DNA of 64,000 nucleotides from Gammaproteobacteria bacterium (GTDB lineage Bacteria; Pseudomonadota; Gammaproteobacteria; JACQPQ01): NCBI GenBank assembly GCA_016207405.1, contig JACQPQ010000021.1, positions 4,936 to 68,935 of the forward strand, read 5' to 3'. Shown piece by piece: positions 27,720 to 36,355 of this stretch (position 1 is its first letter; each line of letters starts with the position of its first letter). The notes under the pieces were generated by a model. It saw only the letters and a program-made list of their open reading frames with translations, ran no database searches and was not told where the DNA came from. The position numbers and the translations under genes were made by a program.

Positions 27720-28580
27720 TTACTGACTCAAGACACCCAAAAAAATACTGGCGCCCACCCACTGGTTATTTAGAAATGCCTGAAAACATCGCTCAGGGTT
27801 TCTAGCACGAATCAACCATTGCTGGTAAAGGAATAAACTTCCCGCACACAAAAGGCCAAGCGTATACTCTGCTTTAAAATGCGAAAGAATCCCAACACCC
27901 CATAACAATAAAAGGGCTGAGCCTTGAAACACTGCGATAATGAGCCTGTCGTAATTTTCAAAGAGAATGGCTGTAGATTTAATCCCTATTTTTAAATCGT
28001 CATTTCGGTCTGTCATGGCATACATCGTGTCAAAAGCGACCGTCCAAAAAAGAGTAGCGCCATAGAGCAAAAACGTTACAGAGGAAAAAGGAGATTGCTG
28101 TGCGGTATAAGCCATAGGAATAGACCATGCAAAAGCAGCTCCCAATACTACTTGAGGCAAATAGGTGATTCGTTTAGTAAAGGGATAGAGGGAAGCCAGT
28201 AAGAGAGCAACCATGGCAAAACCGATGGTTTTTAGATTGGTTTGGGCAACGAGAATACCTGCAATAAGAATAAGAACTGCAAATAGAATCTTGGCTTCTT
28301 GAAGAGAGACTTGGCCTATAACGAGAGGCCTTTGATGAGTTCTGACCACAAAACCATCGTACTTTCTGTCTGCAATGTCATTGATAACACACCCCGCCGC
28401 ACGCATCACCACGACGCCGAGGACAAAAATAATGATGATGCGAACACTCGGATCCCCATTGCCTGCAACCCACACCCCTACCAGCGTTGGCCATAGCAGC
28501 AAAAAAATACCAATAGGTTTATGAAACCGCATCAAGCGAGAGTAATGATACAAACGATTTGGGATGGTAGAGAGGGGCAT
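27720..28580 (-). CDS. ubiA: 4-hydroxybenzoate octaprenyltransferase
   Basis: The N-terminus LYHYSRLMRFHKPIGIFLLLWPTLVGVWVA matches UbiA. It has NDxxDxxxD-type motifs (VINDIADRKYD) and multiple TM helices. Confidence 0.9.
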   Translation of the reverse strand: MPLSTIPNRLYHYSRLMRFHKPIGIFLLLWPTLVGVWVAGNGDPSVRIIIIFVLGVVVMRAAGCVINDIADRKYDGFVVRTHQRPLVIGQVSLQEAKILFAVLILIAGILVAQTNLKTIGFAMVALLLASLYPFTKRITYLPQVVLGAAFAWSIPMAYTAQQSPFSSVTFLLYGATLFWTVAFDTMYAMTDRNDDLKIGIKSTAILFENYDRLIIAVFQGSALLLLWGVGILSHFKAEYTLGLLCAGSLFLYQQWLIRARNPERCFQAFLNNQWVGASIFLGVLSQ

Positions 28581-28613
28581 TAGATGGCTTACATGAGGAG
28601 CACTCGTTAAATT

Positions 28614-28700
28614 GACTATATATAAGTATTCTACTAATATTTAAACGGACTATATATAAGTATTCTACTAATATTTAAACGGACTATATATAAGTATTCA
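28614..28700. repeat. 2.6 tandem copies of a 34-bp AT-rich unit (GACTATATATAAGTATTCTACTAATATTTAAACG)
   Basis: The copies are exact direct repeats at 28614..28647 and 28648..28681, with a partial copy at 28682..28700. They sit between divergent ubiA (ATG at 28580) and the mobile-mystery-protein-A gene (ATG at 28705). Confidence 0.8.
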
Positions 28701-28704
28701 AATT

Positions 28705-29181
28705 ATGAAAACACAAATTTTAGCATTAAAACAATTGGATCGTCGATTAGAATCTTTGCAAGCAGCTAAACCATGTTTTAAATCCTTGAGAGGGGTGTGG
28801 ATTAGAACTATTCGCAAGACCCTGGGGATGACTCTTTCTCAATTAGCGAGTCGTCTGAACGTTAATCGTTCTCGCGTGATTAGAATAGAACAGGATGAGG
28901 TTCGAGAAGCCCTTACTCTAAAGACACTCCATCAAGTATCTGAAGCCTTGGGTTGCGAGCTCGTGTATGCGCTTGTACCAAAATCAACTTTATATAAGGC
29001 AGTGAAACAGCAAGCAAATAAGATAGCCGCACAGAGCTTACGTAGAGTGAGTCACTCTATGGCATTAGAACAGCAGCAGGTCACAGAGCCAGTGCAAGAA
29101 GAAGAATTCCAAGAGTTGGTGAATGAGTTGTTGTCTCGCTCTTTAAAACATCTTTGGGAAGAGAAGGAGAAAAAGCAGTGA
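28705..29181 (+). CDS. Mobile mystery protein A (HTH/XRE-like, TIGR02612-like)
   Basis: It contains IRKTLGMTLSQLASRLNVNRSRVIRIEQDE... and LHQVSEALGCELVYALVP. It is paired with a downstream Fic-domain protein. Confidence 0.65.
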   Translation: MKTQILALKQLDRRLESLQAAKPCFKSLRGVWIRTIRKTLGMTLSQLASRLNVNRSRVIRIEQDEVREALTLKTLHQVSEALGCELVYALVPKSTLYKAVKQQANKIAAQSLRRVSHSMALEQQQVTEPVQEEEFQELVNELLSRSLKHLWEEKEKKQ

Positions 29182-29710
29182 AGTTTAGCTATCCATCAGC
29201 TTCAACACCTCTTGATTTGGATGAAATCAATGGGTTGATTCCAAAACATATTGAAACTCAAGCCGAACTCAATGAATGGGAGCAGTCTAACATTTTAGAA
29301 GCAGCGCATTGGCTAAGAGCGCGGCATCCGGCAGTATCTGATATTCTCGATACTCAATTTATTAGAAGCTTCATCAGAGGATGTTCAGGAAAACTTGGCG
29401 TTGGGTAGGACAATTCAGGCGCAGTAATAAAAATATAGGCATCCATTGGCCATTCATCCCAGAACATTTGAAGCTTTTATGTGATGATATCTCTTATCAA
29501 TTATCTCACAACACTTATGAGTTAGATGAAATAGCTGTGCGGTTTCATTATCGTTTGGTTGTTATTCATCCTTTTGCCAATGGAAATGGTCGGCATGCTC
29601 GATTAATCACAGATGAATTTTTAATCTCGCTAAAAAAACAGCATTTTCTTGGGGCGAGTGGAAGGAAGAGGATGTATATCGAACCACTCGAGTGCGGAAA
29701 GAATATATAG
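29154..29710 (+). pseudogene. Mobile mystery protein B (Fic-domain protein), split by a frameshift near 29375
   Basis: Two overlapping ORFs lie in different frames. The first ends ...DTQFIRSFIRGCSGKLGVG*. The second frame reads KLHQRMFRKTWRWVGQFRRSNKNIGIHWP...HPFANGNGRHARL (Fic motif). The conserved LH.RMF...W.W.GQFR is continuous only if one nucleotide is restored in ttattagaagctt. Confidence 0.65.
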
Positions 29711-29785
29711 AAGCATTACAGGAAGCTGATAGAAATAACTTTAAAAAATTGGTTCAGTTTGTTCGTTCGTAGTTTGGAGAAGTTG

Positions 29786-30319
29786 TTAGTGTGCAGGCGG
29801 GGTAAAAAATCCGGGTAGGAAAAACTCAAGTACGAGCAATGGTTTTCGTCGAACCTGAAAAATGGAGCGCCTCCCCCACAGGAAGGGTGGGTGCTCTGAG
29901 GAGTGCAGTAAAGCTCTATGATAGAGGGGTTCCTGTGGAGTGAGTTTCATGGGCTGCAATTGTGTTCGTGTTAAGGTTGGATCTCTAAACAAAAAAACAC
30001 CCAGCGAGTTTTCTCCCCAGTTAAGAAGAGGCCGATTTTTGCCCACCATCGTCGTTTTAGGAATAATACTCCGACCAAACGTTAAGGGGATCATTTTCTC
30101 TTCATGCATGTAATAAAATAGAACTTCTCGGATAAGACACAGCCTACGAATAGAAATGCCAAGAACCTCCGATTCTTCTTTCGTTGGCATGTCCCATTGA
30201 TGCTGAAGACACAAAAGCGCCACGTGTTTGGAAGAAAAGCGTTTTTTTAAACAGTAGGTCAAAGAACGCGCATCTTTCAACCACAAACGCTGGGGGTTTG
30301 GAACTTGAAAAGCTAACAT
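29786..30319 (-). CDS. ubiC: Chorismate pyruvate-lyase
   Basis: The C-terminal region LWGRRSIFQVRRKPLLVLEFFLPG aligns with E. coli UbiC [21 protein letters not shown]. The length is 177 aa. It is adjacent to ubiA. Confidence 0.7.
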   Translation of the reverse strand: MLAFQVPNPQRLWLKDARSLTYCLKKRFSSKHVALLCLQHQWDMPTKEESEVLGISIRRLCLIREVLFYYMHEEKMIPLTFGRSIIPKTTMVGKNRPLLNWGENSLGVFLFRDPTLTRTQLQPMKLTPQEPLYHRALLHSSEHPPFLWGRRSIFQVRRKPLLVLEFFLPGFFTPPAH

Positions 30320-30390
30320 CGGGTGGGAGCGTAGAACTTTTAGTGTAGATACTATAGCATCTCTCTTTTACATTTAACGATTCTTGTAAA

Positions 30391-32340
30391 ATGGCAGATT
30401 CCCTAGAACGCACAATTCCGCGTAGGATGACAAAACCTGCACACAATAGTCAACCCTATCGATTAGACAGATGGGCAGAAGGCTATTTTGGTGTCAATAG
30501 GGAAGGGGAAGTGGCTGTCTCTGTGAAGGGCAAATCAAAAAATGCCATTTCTCTTTCCTCGCTGGTCAAAAAGACGCAAGAATCAGGGTTGCAGCTTCCT
30601 ATTTTAATGCGCTTTACGGATATTCTAAAAGACCGTCTAAACGTATTGTGCGAAGCTTTTCAAAAAGCAACTGTTCATTATAACTACGAGGGAAAAGTCC
30701 AAATTTTTTATCCTGTTAAAGTCAATCAACACCAAGAGATCATTCAAACCATTTTAAACTATCACAATGGCTCCACTGTGGGTCTTGAGGTAGGGAGTAA
30801 AGCAGAAATGGTAATGGTTTTAGGCGCGCTCAAGCGCACAAAACCCACGCCGGTCATTTGTAATGGATATAAAGATAGGTCCATGATTCGGCTAGGGATT
30901 ATGGGGCAAAGGTTAGGTCATCCTATAACGTTTGTGATTGAAAAACCTTCCGAATTGTCTCTTATTTTAGAAGAGACTCGAAAAGAAAAACTCCACGCTT
31001 GTGATCTCGGTGTTCGCATTCGCTTATGCGCCACAGGCAAAGGCAACTGGCAGAATACAGGAGGGGAGAAGTCAAAGTTTGGATTGTCTGCTACCGCTGT
31101 TCTTGATCTTATTCACCGTTTAAAAGCAGAAAAAGCACTCGAGTGCTTGAAACTGCTTCATTTTCACCTGGGTTCTCAAATATCTGATCTCGAAGACTTA
31201 AAACGAGGCGTTCGAGAATGTGCGCAATTTTACGTTCAACTGAGGCAACTCGGCGTTCCGATAGATACCTGTGATGTCGGCGGTGGCCTTGCGGTTGACT
31301 ACGAGGGAATGGCCTCCCCACGCTATTTTTCCATGAATTATACGATAGAAGATTATGCAATGGCCGTTGTTTCGGGGTTCTCCGAAATGTGCCAAAAAGC
31401 AAACTTGCCACACCCTCATATTGTGACGGAATCGGGCCGAGCAATTACCGCACATCACGCGGTGTTGATTACTAATGTAGTGAATCGAGAATGCGCTTTG
31501 ACTTCCGAAGAAACGCCTTTTTCAGATACGACTTGTGAACATCCTCTCTTATCACAACTGAAAGCGCTCTATAAGGAGGTGTCGCCTGAGAGCGCAGAAC
31601 AGATCATGCAAGCTGCGGAAACGCATTTCGAAGGTGCAAAAGAAGCCTATTTAAATGGGAAGCTTTCTCTGCGGGCACGAAGCCAAGTGGAGCAACTTTT
31701 GGCCCTTATCTATTCAAAAATAAAACAAGTGCTTACCTTAGATCATCCGATCTCCCAGCACGTTTTGGAAAGGCTAGCTGAAAAATGGGTGTGTAATTTT
31801 TCAGTATTTCAATCTGTTCCAGACGTGTGGGGGATAGACCAAATATTTCCTATACTGCCATTATCTCTTCTTAACGCTTCGAAAACGACAAGGTGCGTCA
31901 TTCAAGACATTACCTGTGATTCGGATGGCCGAATTGACCATTACGTGAATGGAACGCCTGAGAGTACAACTTTATCCGTCCCCAGCACCACCGCTTCTTT
32001 ACCACTTATCGGTATTTTTTTGGTAGGTGCTTATCAAGAAATTTTAGGAGACCGACATAATCTTTTTGGGAATATCGATTCTGTATCTGTTGAAATAGAT
32101 CTCGAGGGGCATGGTCAACTGAAAAGACCTATTCGTGGAGACACCATCGCCGATGTGCTTGCCGCTGTCCATTTTAACTCTGAAGAGGTACAGGAGTGTT
32201 ATCGTAAAGAAGTGGATGGATCACCCCTTACAGAGGAAGAAAAAAATTATTTTAAAAAGGAGTTTGAAAATGCTCTGTCCCAGGGGACTTATTTAGAGCG
32301 GGTTACCATTCCCACAAAACCCATTCCCCAACATGCATAA
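30391..32340 (+). CDS. speA: Biosynthetic arginine decarboxylase
   Basis: It is 649 aa. The N-terminus YRLDRWAEGYFGVNREGEVAV and the fold-III PLP decarboxylase motifs run throughout. Confidence 0.95.
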   Translation: MADSLERTIPRRMTKPAHNSQPYRLDRWAEGYFGVNREGEVAVSVKGKSKNAISLSSLVKKTQESGLQLPILMRFTDILKDRLNVLCEAFQKATVHYNYEGKVQIFYPVKVNQHQEIIQTILNYHNGSTVGLEVGSKAEMVMVLGALKRTKPTPVICNGYKDRSMIRLGIMGQRLGHPITFVIEKPSELSLILEETRKEKLHACDLGVRIRLCATGKGNWQNTGGEKSKFGLSATAVLDLIHRLKAEKALECLKLLHFHLGSQISDLEDLKRGVRECAQFYVQLRQLGVPIDTCDVGGGLAVDYEGMASPRYFSMNYTIEDYAMAVVSGFSEMCQKANLPHPHIVTESGRAITAHHAVLITNVVNRECALTSEETPFSDTTCEHPLLSQLKALYKEVSPESAEQIMQAAETHFEGAKEAYLNGKLSLRARSQVEQLLALIYSKIKQVLTLDHPISQHVLERLAEKWVCNFSVFQSVPDVWGIDQIFPILPLSLLNASKTTRCVIQDITCDSDGRIDHYVNGTPESTTLSVPSTTASLPLIGIFLVGAYQEILGDRHNLFGNIDSVSVEIDLEGHGQLKRPIRGDTIADVLAAVHFNSEEVQECYRKEVDGSPLTEEEKNYFKKEFENALSQGTYLERVTIPTKPIPQHA

Positions 32341-32617
32341 CAGGCTTAAAGCTTGCCCCTGAATTATCAAAGAACGATGCTCCTTTCGCAGGCACTAAAT
32401 AATAAGGCAGTCCCCATTGGGGAGTGACTTTAACGCGCTCGATCCCCATGCTTCCCCTTTCAAATGTTTGAATGCTTATGCCTTGGTGAGGAGGAGAGAG
32501 GACAATCTCTGTTTCAAATCGGGGTAAGTCCGCAAAGATAGGATTGGCTAGGAGTATTCCGAGCAATAGCCCCAAGAATCGCATCGTCCATTTTGTGAAT
32601 AAGTTCATTTGAGTCAT
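32303..32617 (-). CDS. Small secreted hypothetical protein
   Basis: It has a signal peptide (MRFLGLLLGILLANPIFA). Its start is served by an SD (ggtaaggagaaaaacgATG) created by the last unit of the upstream heptamer array. It overlaps the speA 3' end by 38 bp. Confidence 0.35.
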   Translation of the reverse strand: MTQMNLFTKWTMRFLGLLLGILLANPIFADLPRFETEIVLSPPHQGISIQTFERGSMGIERVKVTPQWGLPYYLVPAKGASFFDNSGASFKPVMHVGEWVLWEW

Positions 32618-32626
32618 CGTTTTTCT

Positions 32627-32680
32627 CCTTACCCCTTACCCCTTACCCCTTATCCCTTACCCCTTATCCCTTACCCCTTC
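32627..32680. repeat. (TTACCCC/TTATCCC)x7-8 heptamer array, the reverse complement of (GGGGTAA/GGGATAA)n
   Basis: The sequence is ccttaccccttaccccttaccccttatcccttaccccttatcccttaccccttc. It supplies the C-terminus EGVRDKG and TAA stop of the 390-aa gene and an SD for the next gene. Confidence 0.75.
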
Positions 32681-33829
32681 TAAGACTTCCACCAATTGAT
32701 TTAAAATTTGGATCTCTATTCGGAGAAACACCATAGAAAACTCATCGATCAGGTGTTCTTCTTGTGCTTCTCCTAGCAATTTGGTTTTAGCTTCTGCACG
32801 CTTTATCAATACTTCTTTTAAGTAAAAGAGCATGGCCAAGGAACGAGAGTGCTCACCATACCGAGGCGATTTCAGCTGTCCATATTTTTGTTCTAGCATT
32901 CGAACTTGCCCTTCCACCTCTTGTTTTATTTGATTCGTAGTTTGGAAGATGAATTCGATGGTGCTTGGGATAGAAGAGGATGAGTCTTGTAATAATGGCT
33001 GCAAGCGTGCACGCATTTTTGAAAGGCGGGTGCGAATTTCTATAGCTTTGTCGGCAGCTCTCTGTGTTTCTTTGCTAAAGGACGTATTTTCTCCCAATAA
33101 AGAGAAGTATGTTTTGTTTTTTGCAATATGGAGTGCCTGGAGAGTGTTGTTTAAAAGCGATTCACCTTGAACCAACTGCCTTATGATTTCTGAGAGCTTC
33201 TGGTGTGTTTTATCAGAGGGAGAGAACTGACTTTTATTGTCACGAAGGGCTTTAAATTCAGAGCGTGCCATTCCGGTTTCTTTAATCAGCGGTTTATAGG
33301 CTTTTATGGTCGATAAAGCAGAAAAATATTGAATAAAAAAACGAATTTTTTCTTCTTCACTCATCCTCTCGGACTCGTAACGATGTACAAATCCTGTGAG
33401 CCATGCGTCTAGTTTTTGTGAGAAAGCGACCAGTTCTGCCTCGGCGGCGCTCGTCACATAGAAAAGGCGGTTTGAAAATGCAAAAGCTTCTTGACACGAG
33501 TTTATCGAAGCAAGGGCGTCAAAGTTTCGTTTAATCTCACGGCGAGTTCTTTCAAAAGAAAATCGGATGTGATCTGCTTCTTGTTGAGGGTAGGTGATGG
33601 GGTTTAAAGTCTCGCCTTTCATCTTATCCAAGACAAAGTACATCCACACTTTTGCCTCTGTAAGTGAAACATTGGTTTTGGAAAGAATAGTTTCGGCGGT
33701 GCTTTGAAACGTATCTTTTTTAAATGAAGGGGTTCCCTCACAGAAGACATCTAAATTGGCACTTCCTATAAAGGGTAGGCTCCACAATAATAAGAAGAAG
33801 AGCAGCCTGTTCTTTGATTGACGAGACAA
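32657..33829 (-). CDS. Secreted, predominantly alpha-helical hypothetical protein
   Basis: It is 390 aa with a signal peptide (LLFFLLLWSLPFIGSA) and long heptad-like helical stretches. No catalytic motif recognised. Confidence 0.5.
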   Translation of the reverse strand: MSRQSKNRLLFFLLLWSLPFIGSANLDVFCEGTPSFKKDTFQSTAETILSKTNVSLTEAKVWMYFVLDKMKGETLNPITYPQQEADHIRFSFERTRREIKRNFDALASINSCQEAFAFSNRLFYVTSAAEAELVAFSQKLDAWLTGFVHRYESERMSEEEKIRFFIQYFSALSTIKAYKPLIKETGMARSEFKALRDNKSQFSPSDKTHQKLSEIIRQLVQGESLLNNTLQALHIAKNKTYFSLLGENTSFSKETQRAADKAIEIRTRLSKMRARLQPLLQDSSSSIPSTIEFIFQTTNQIKQEVEGQVRMLEQKYGQLKSPRYGEHSRSLAMLFYLKEVLIKRAEAKTKLLGEAQEEHLIDEFSMVFLRIEIQILNQLVEVLEGVRDKG

Positions 33830-34026
33830 GGATCTACCTCCCTACTTATAAAGTCGGCAGACTTTAAAAAAACTGTAGGGTGGATTCTGTTCAGAAAGGA
33901 AATTATCCTCAGAATTGGGCTGGTGATTTTGAAACTGATCTGGAGGTTGGCGTATTTAGCCATTCGGCGCAATACGCAAAAAACGCTATTGCACTCTACG
34001 CGAGCGAATGGTTTTTATGATCTTTT

Positions 34027-34419
34027 TTATTCAGACAACAATTCTTTTACGCGTAGGATGTGTTTTTCAGTAATGAGCATTAAAGCACCCGGTCCAACAA
34101 TTAAGCCAACTGTGTTGGTGCCATAGCGTTCGCATGATTGCGCGCCTTGAACCTGGAAAACCCTGGTCCATCTATTAAATGCTTGCTGCCAACATTCTCC
34201 CCTATTTTCCTGTAATAAAGCAGAGCCTCGTATGCTTGGATCATAACGCAGCATATTCGAAGACACTGTGTCGAGATCTGGCTGAAACTGGTGGAGATCT
34301 TTGAATCGCGCTCCTGTATTATTATCCACATATGAGAGCAGGTGCTTGTAATTACCTACTCCATCTTTCCGTACAGCCAAAGGTAAAAATTGCGGCGCTG
34401 CGTGGTCAAGCTTTAACAC
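34027..34419 (-). CDS. Hypothetical protein or gene fragment
   Basis: The frame is open from 34575 but has no ATG/GTG/TTG until the GTG at 34419. The N-terminal part may be missing, so this is a possible pseudogene. It is adjacent to an AT-rich islet. Confidence 0.3.
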   Translation of the reverse strand: MLKLDHAAPQFLPLAVRKDGVGNYKHLLSYVDNNTGARFKDLHQFQPDLDTVSSNMLRYDPSIRGSALLQENRGECWQQAFNRWTRVFQVQGAQSCERYGTNTVGLIVGPGALMLITEKHILRVKELLSE

Positions 34420-34764
34420 TGCAATGACAATGTCGTCTTTTTTAGAACCTGATGCATCATGTTGGGGAACCGTTTCTTCTGCCGATCCAACAGGATAAGT
34501 TCCATCACGCCTTTGCTTGCCATCTTCTCGTTTACTAGGGGGATATTTACCCTTGATAGTTAAGTGACCCCCTTGTCAAGACCACGACTTAAATAATTTT
34601 GGGGAGATTTCGCCCTTCAAATTTAATTAGAATAATTGACCGAAACCAGCGGAAAATTATGTAAAGCTAAATTTTTTAGCCCTTGTATTCCGTGGGGGAC
34701 TGCACTACGATTAATTTATCGTATAAATATTAAGTCAATTTCTGTCTGATTTTTTATATAAAAT

Positions 34765-35562
34765 ATGGAATTTGAACGCCGGATTGATCTGACTGACTAT
34801 TTTTTGGCTCAAGGGCGAAAAACCTTTAGCCTTCAAGAGGTAGCTACTCTTACAAGCGATAGTGAAGCTACAATTCAGAGAAAAATTCATCGGCTTATTC
34901 AGGATAACCGAGTTAAAAAAATAGCCCAAAGCTACTATGCCATTTTAAGCCCTAGAGAACGTAAAAGTGGGCATTTAACGCCACATGATTATATTGATCA
35001 ATTAATGAAGTATGAAAAGATCCCTTACTATGTGGGATTACTCTCGGCTGCAAGTTTGTATGGGGCTGCGCATCATAGGCCCATGGTCTATCAAGTGATT
35101 ACTGAGAAACAGGTGCATATATCAAAAACTCTTTTGTCCGATATTCATTTTTTCAGAAAAATTCATTTTCCAGAGTTCTGCCTTGAACAGAAAAAAGGGG
35201 AATACGGCTCTATCTGTTTTTCGTCCCCAGCGTTAACGGCATATGACTTAGTACGATATGAATCTTCTTGTGGCACAATTTATAACGTTATTTCAGTTAT
35301 TTCAGAGTTAAAGTCAGTCATCAAAGAAGCTGATCTGGTCCAACTGCTGAAAAATAAAGTAGAGAGCGTTATTATTCAGCGCCTTGGGTTTGCATTAGAA
35401 CAGGTAGGTTTTGAAAAAATACCCATAACTTTTAAAGAAATTACATCACAGGCTATTAATTACGCTCCTCTCTCAAAATATGAATCTCTTGATAAGAGCC
35501 ATAAAAACAAAGAGTGGAAGATTATCGACAACTTAAATTGGGATGAATTAGATGATATCTAA
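34765..35562 (+). CDS. AbiEi-like antitoxin / transcriptional regulator (type IV TA)
   Basis: It is 265 aa with a winged-helix N-terminal region. It lies immediately 5' of, and overlaps by 11 bp, a DUF1814/AbiEii nucleotidyltransferase gene, which is the canonical AbiE arrangement. Confidence 0.6.
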   Translation: MEFERRIDLTDYFLAQGRKTFSLQEVATLTSDSEATIQRKIHRLIQDNRVKKIAQSYYAILSPRERKSGHLTPHDYIDQLMKYEKIPYYVGLLSAASLYGAAHHRPMVYQVITEKQVHISKTLLSDIHFFRKIHFPEFCLEQKKGEYGSICFSSPALTAYDLVRYESSCGTIYNVISVISELKSVIKEADLVQLLKNKVESVIIQRLGFALEQVGFEKIPITFKEITSQAINYAPLSKYESLDKSHKNKEWKIIDNLNWDELDDI

Positions 35563-36340
35563 AGCGTTTATTGATCACTGGGGTCAGCTTGCACCGTGGC
35601 GTTTCAATGAGTTCATTGAGCAAGATCTCATTTTAACAAGACTATTAATTCAGCTTTACTCCAATAAGGCGATTGCTCATTCATTAGTCTTTAGGGGCGG
35701 TACTGCTTTGCATAAGCTTTTTTTGAATAAACCCCTTCGCTACTCTGAAGATCTGGATTTTGTGCAAATTAAGGCTGGGAAAATAGGCTCAATACTTTCT
35801 GAGATTAGAGACACTATCAATCCAATTTTTACAGATAAACCAAAATATGAGATTCACGAAGGCCGAGCAATTTTGAATTATCGTTACAAGGCCGAGTACG
35901 ATCCTAACCCGCAAATGAAAATCAAAATAGAGATCAACACGCGCGAGCATTTTGCGGTTGATGCGATTCATCACAAAACACTAGAATGTAAGTCGCCCTG
36001 GTTTGGTGGCAATGCCAAGATCACGACGTATTCGGTAGAAGAAATTTTAGCCACTAAATTGCGTGCGCTTTATCAACGCAGGAAAGGGAGAGACCTTTTC
36101 GATCTCATAATAGCGCATAGCTTGGCACCTAATTACAAAAAGATAGTGAATATTTTCAAAACATACGTTAAAACAGAAAACAATCACATCACAAGGCCAC
36201 AGTTTGAACAAAACTTGCATGAGAAATTACAGCATCCAAGATTTCAAATTGATTTAAGGGATTTATTAGAAAGAAATTTAAATTACGACATTGAGAAAGA
36301 TGCGCTTGATTTTAAAGAAAGATACTTGGCACACTTTTAA
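35552..36340 (+). CDS. AbiEii/AbiGii-family nucleotidyltransferase toxin (DUF1814)
   Basis: It contains LVFRGGTALHKLFL...RYSEDLDF, which is the GG..L...L(x)n SxDxD nucleotidyltransferase motif characteristic of AbiEii. The length is 262 aa. Confidence 0.7.
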   Translation: MISKAFIDHWGQLAPWRFNEFIEQDLILTRLLIQLYSNKAIAHSLVFRGGTALHKLFLNKPLRYSEDLDFVQIKAGKIGSILSEIRDTINPIFTDKPKYEIHEGRAILNYRYKAEYDPNPQMKIKIEINTREHFAVDAIHHKTLECKSPWFGGNAKITTYSVEEILATKLRALYQRRKGRDLFDLIIAHSLAPNYKKIVNIFKTYVKTENNHITRPQFEQNLHEKLQHPRFQIDLRDLLERNLNYDIEKDALDFKERYLAHF

Positions 36341-36355
36341 GCTTAATATTCCTTT

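Noticed and set aside
33873-33890. tagggtggattctg as a REP copy
   Set aside because: Only the 5' arm is present and there is no closing GTCCACC.
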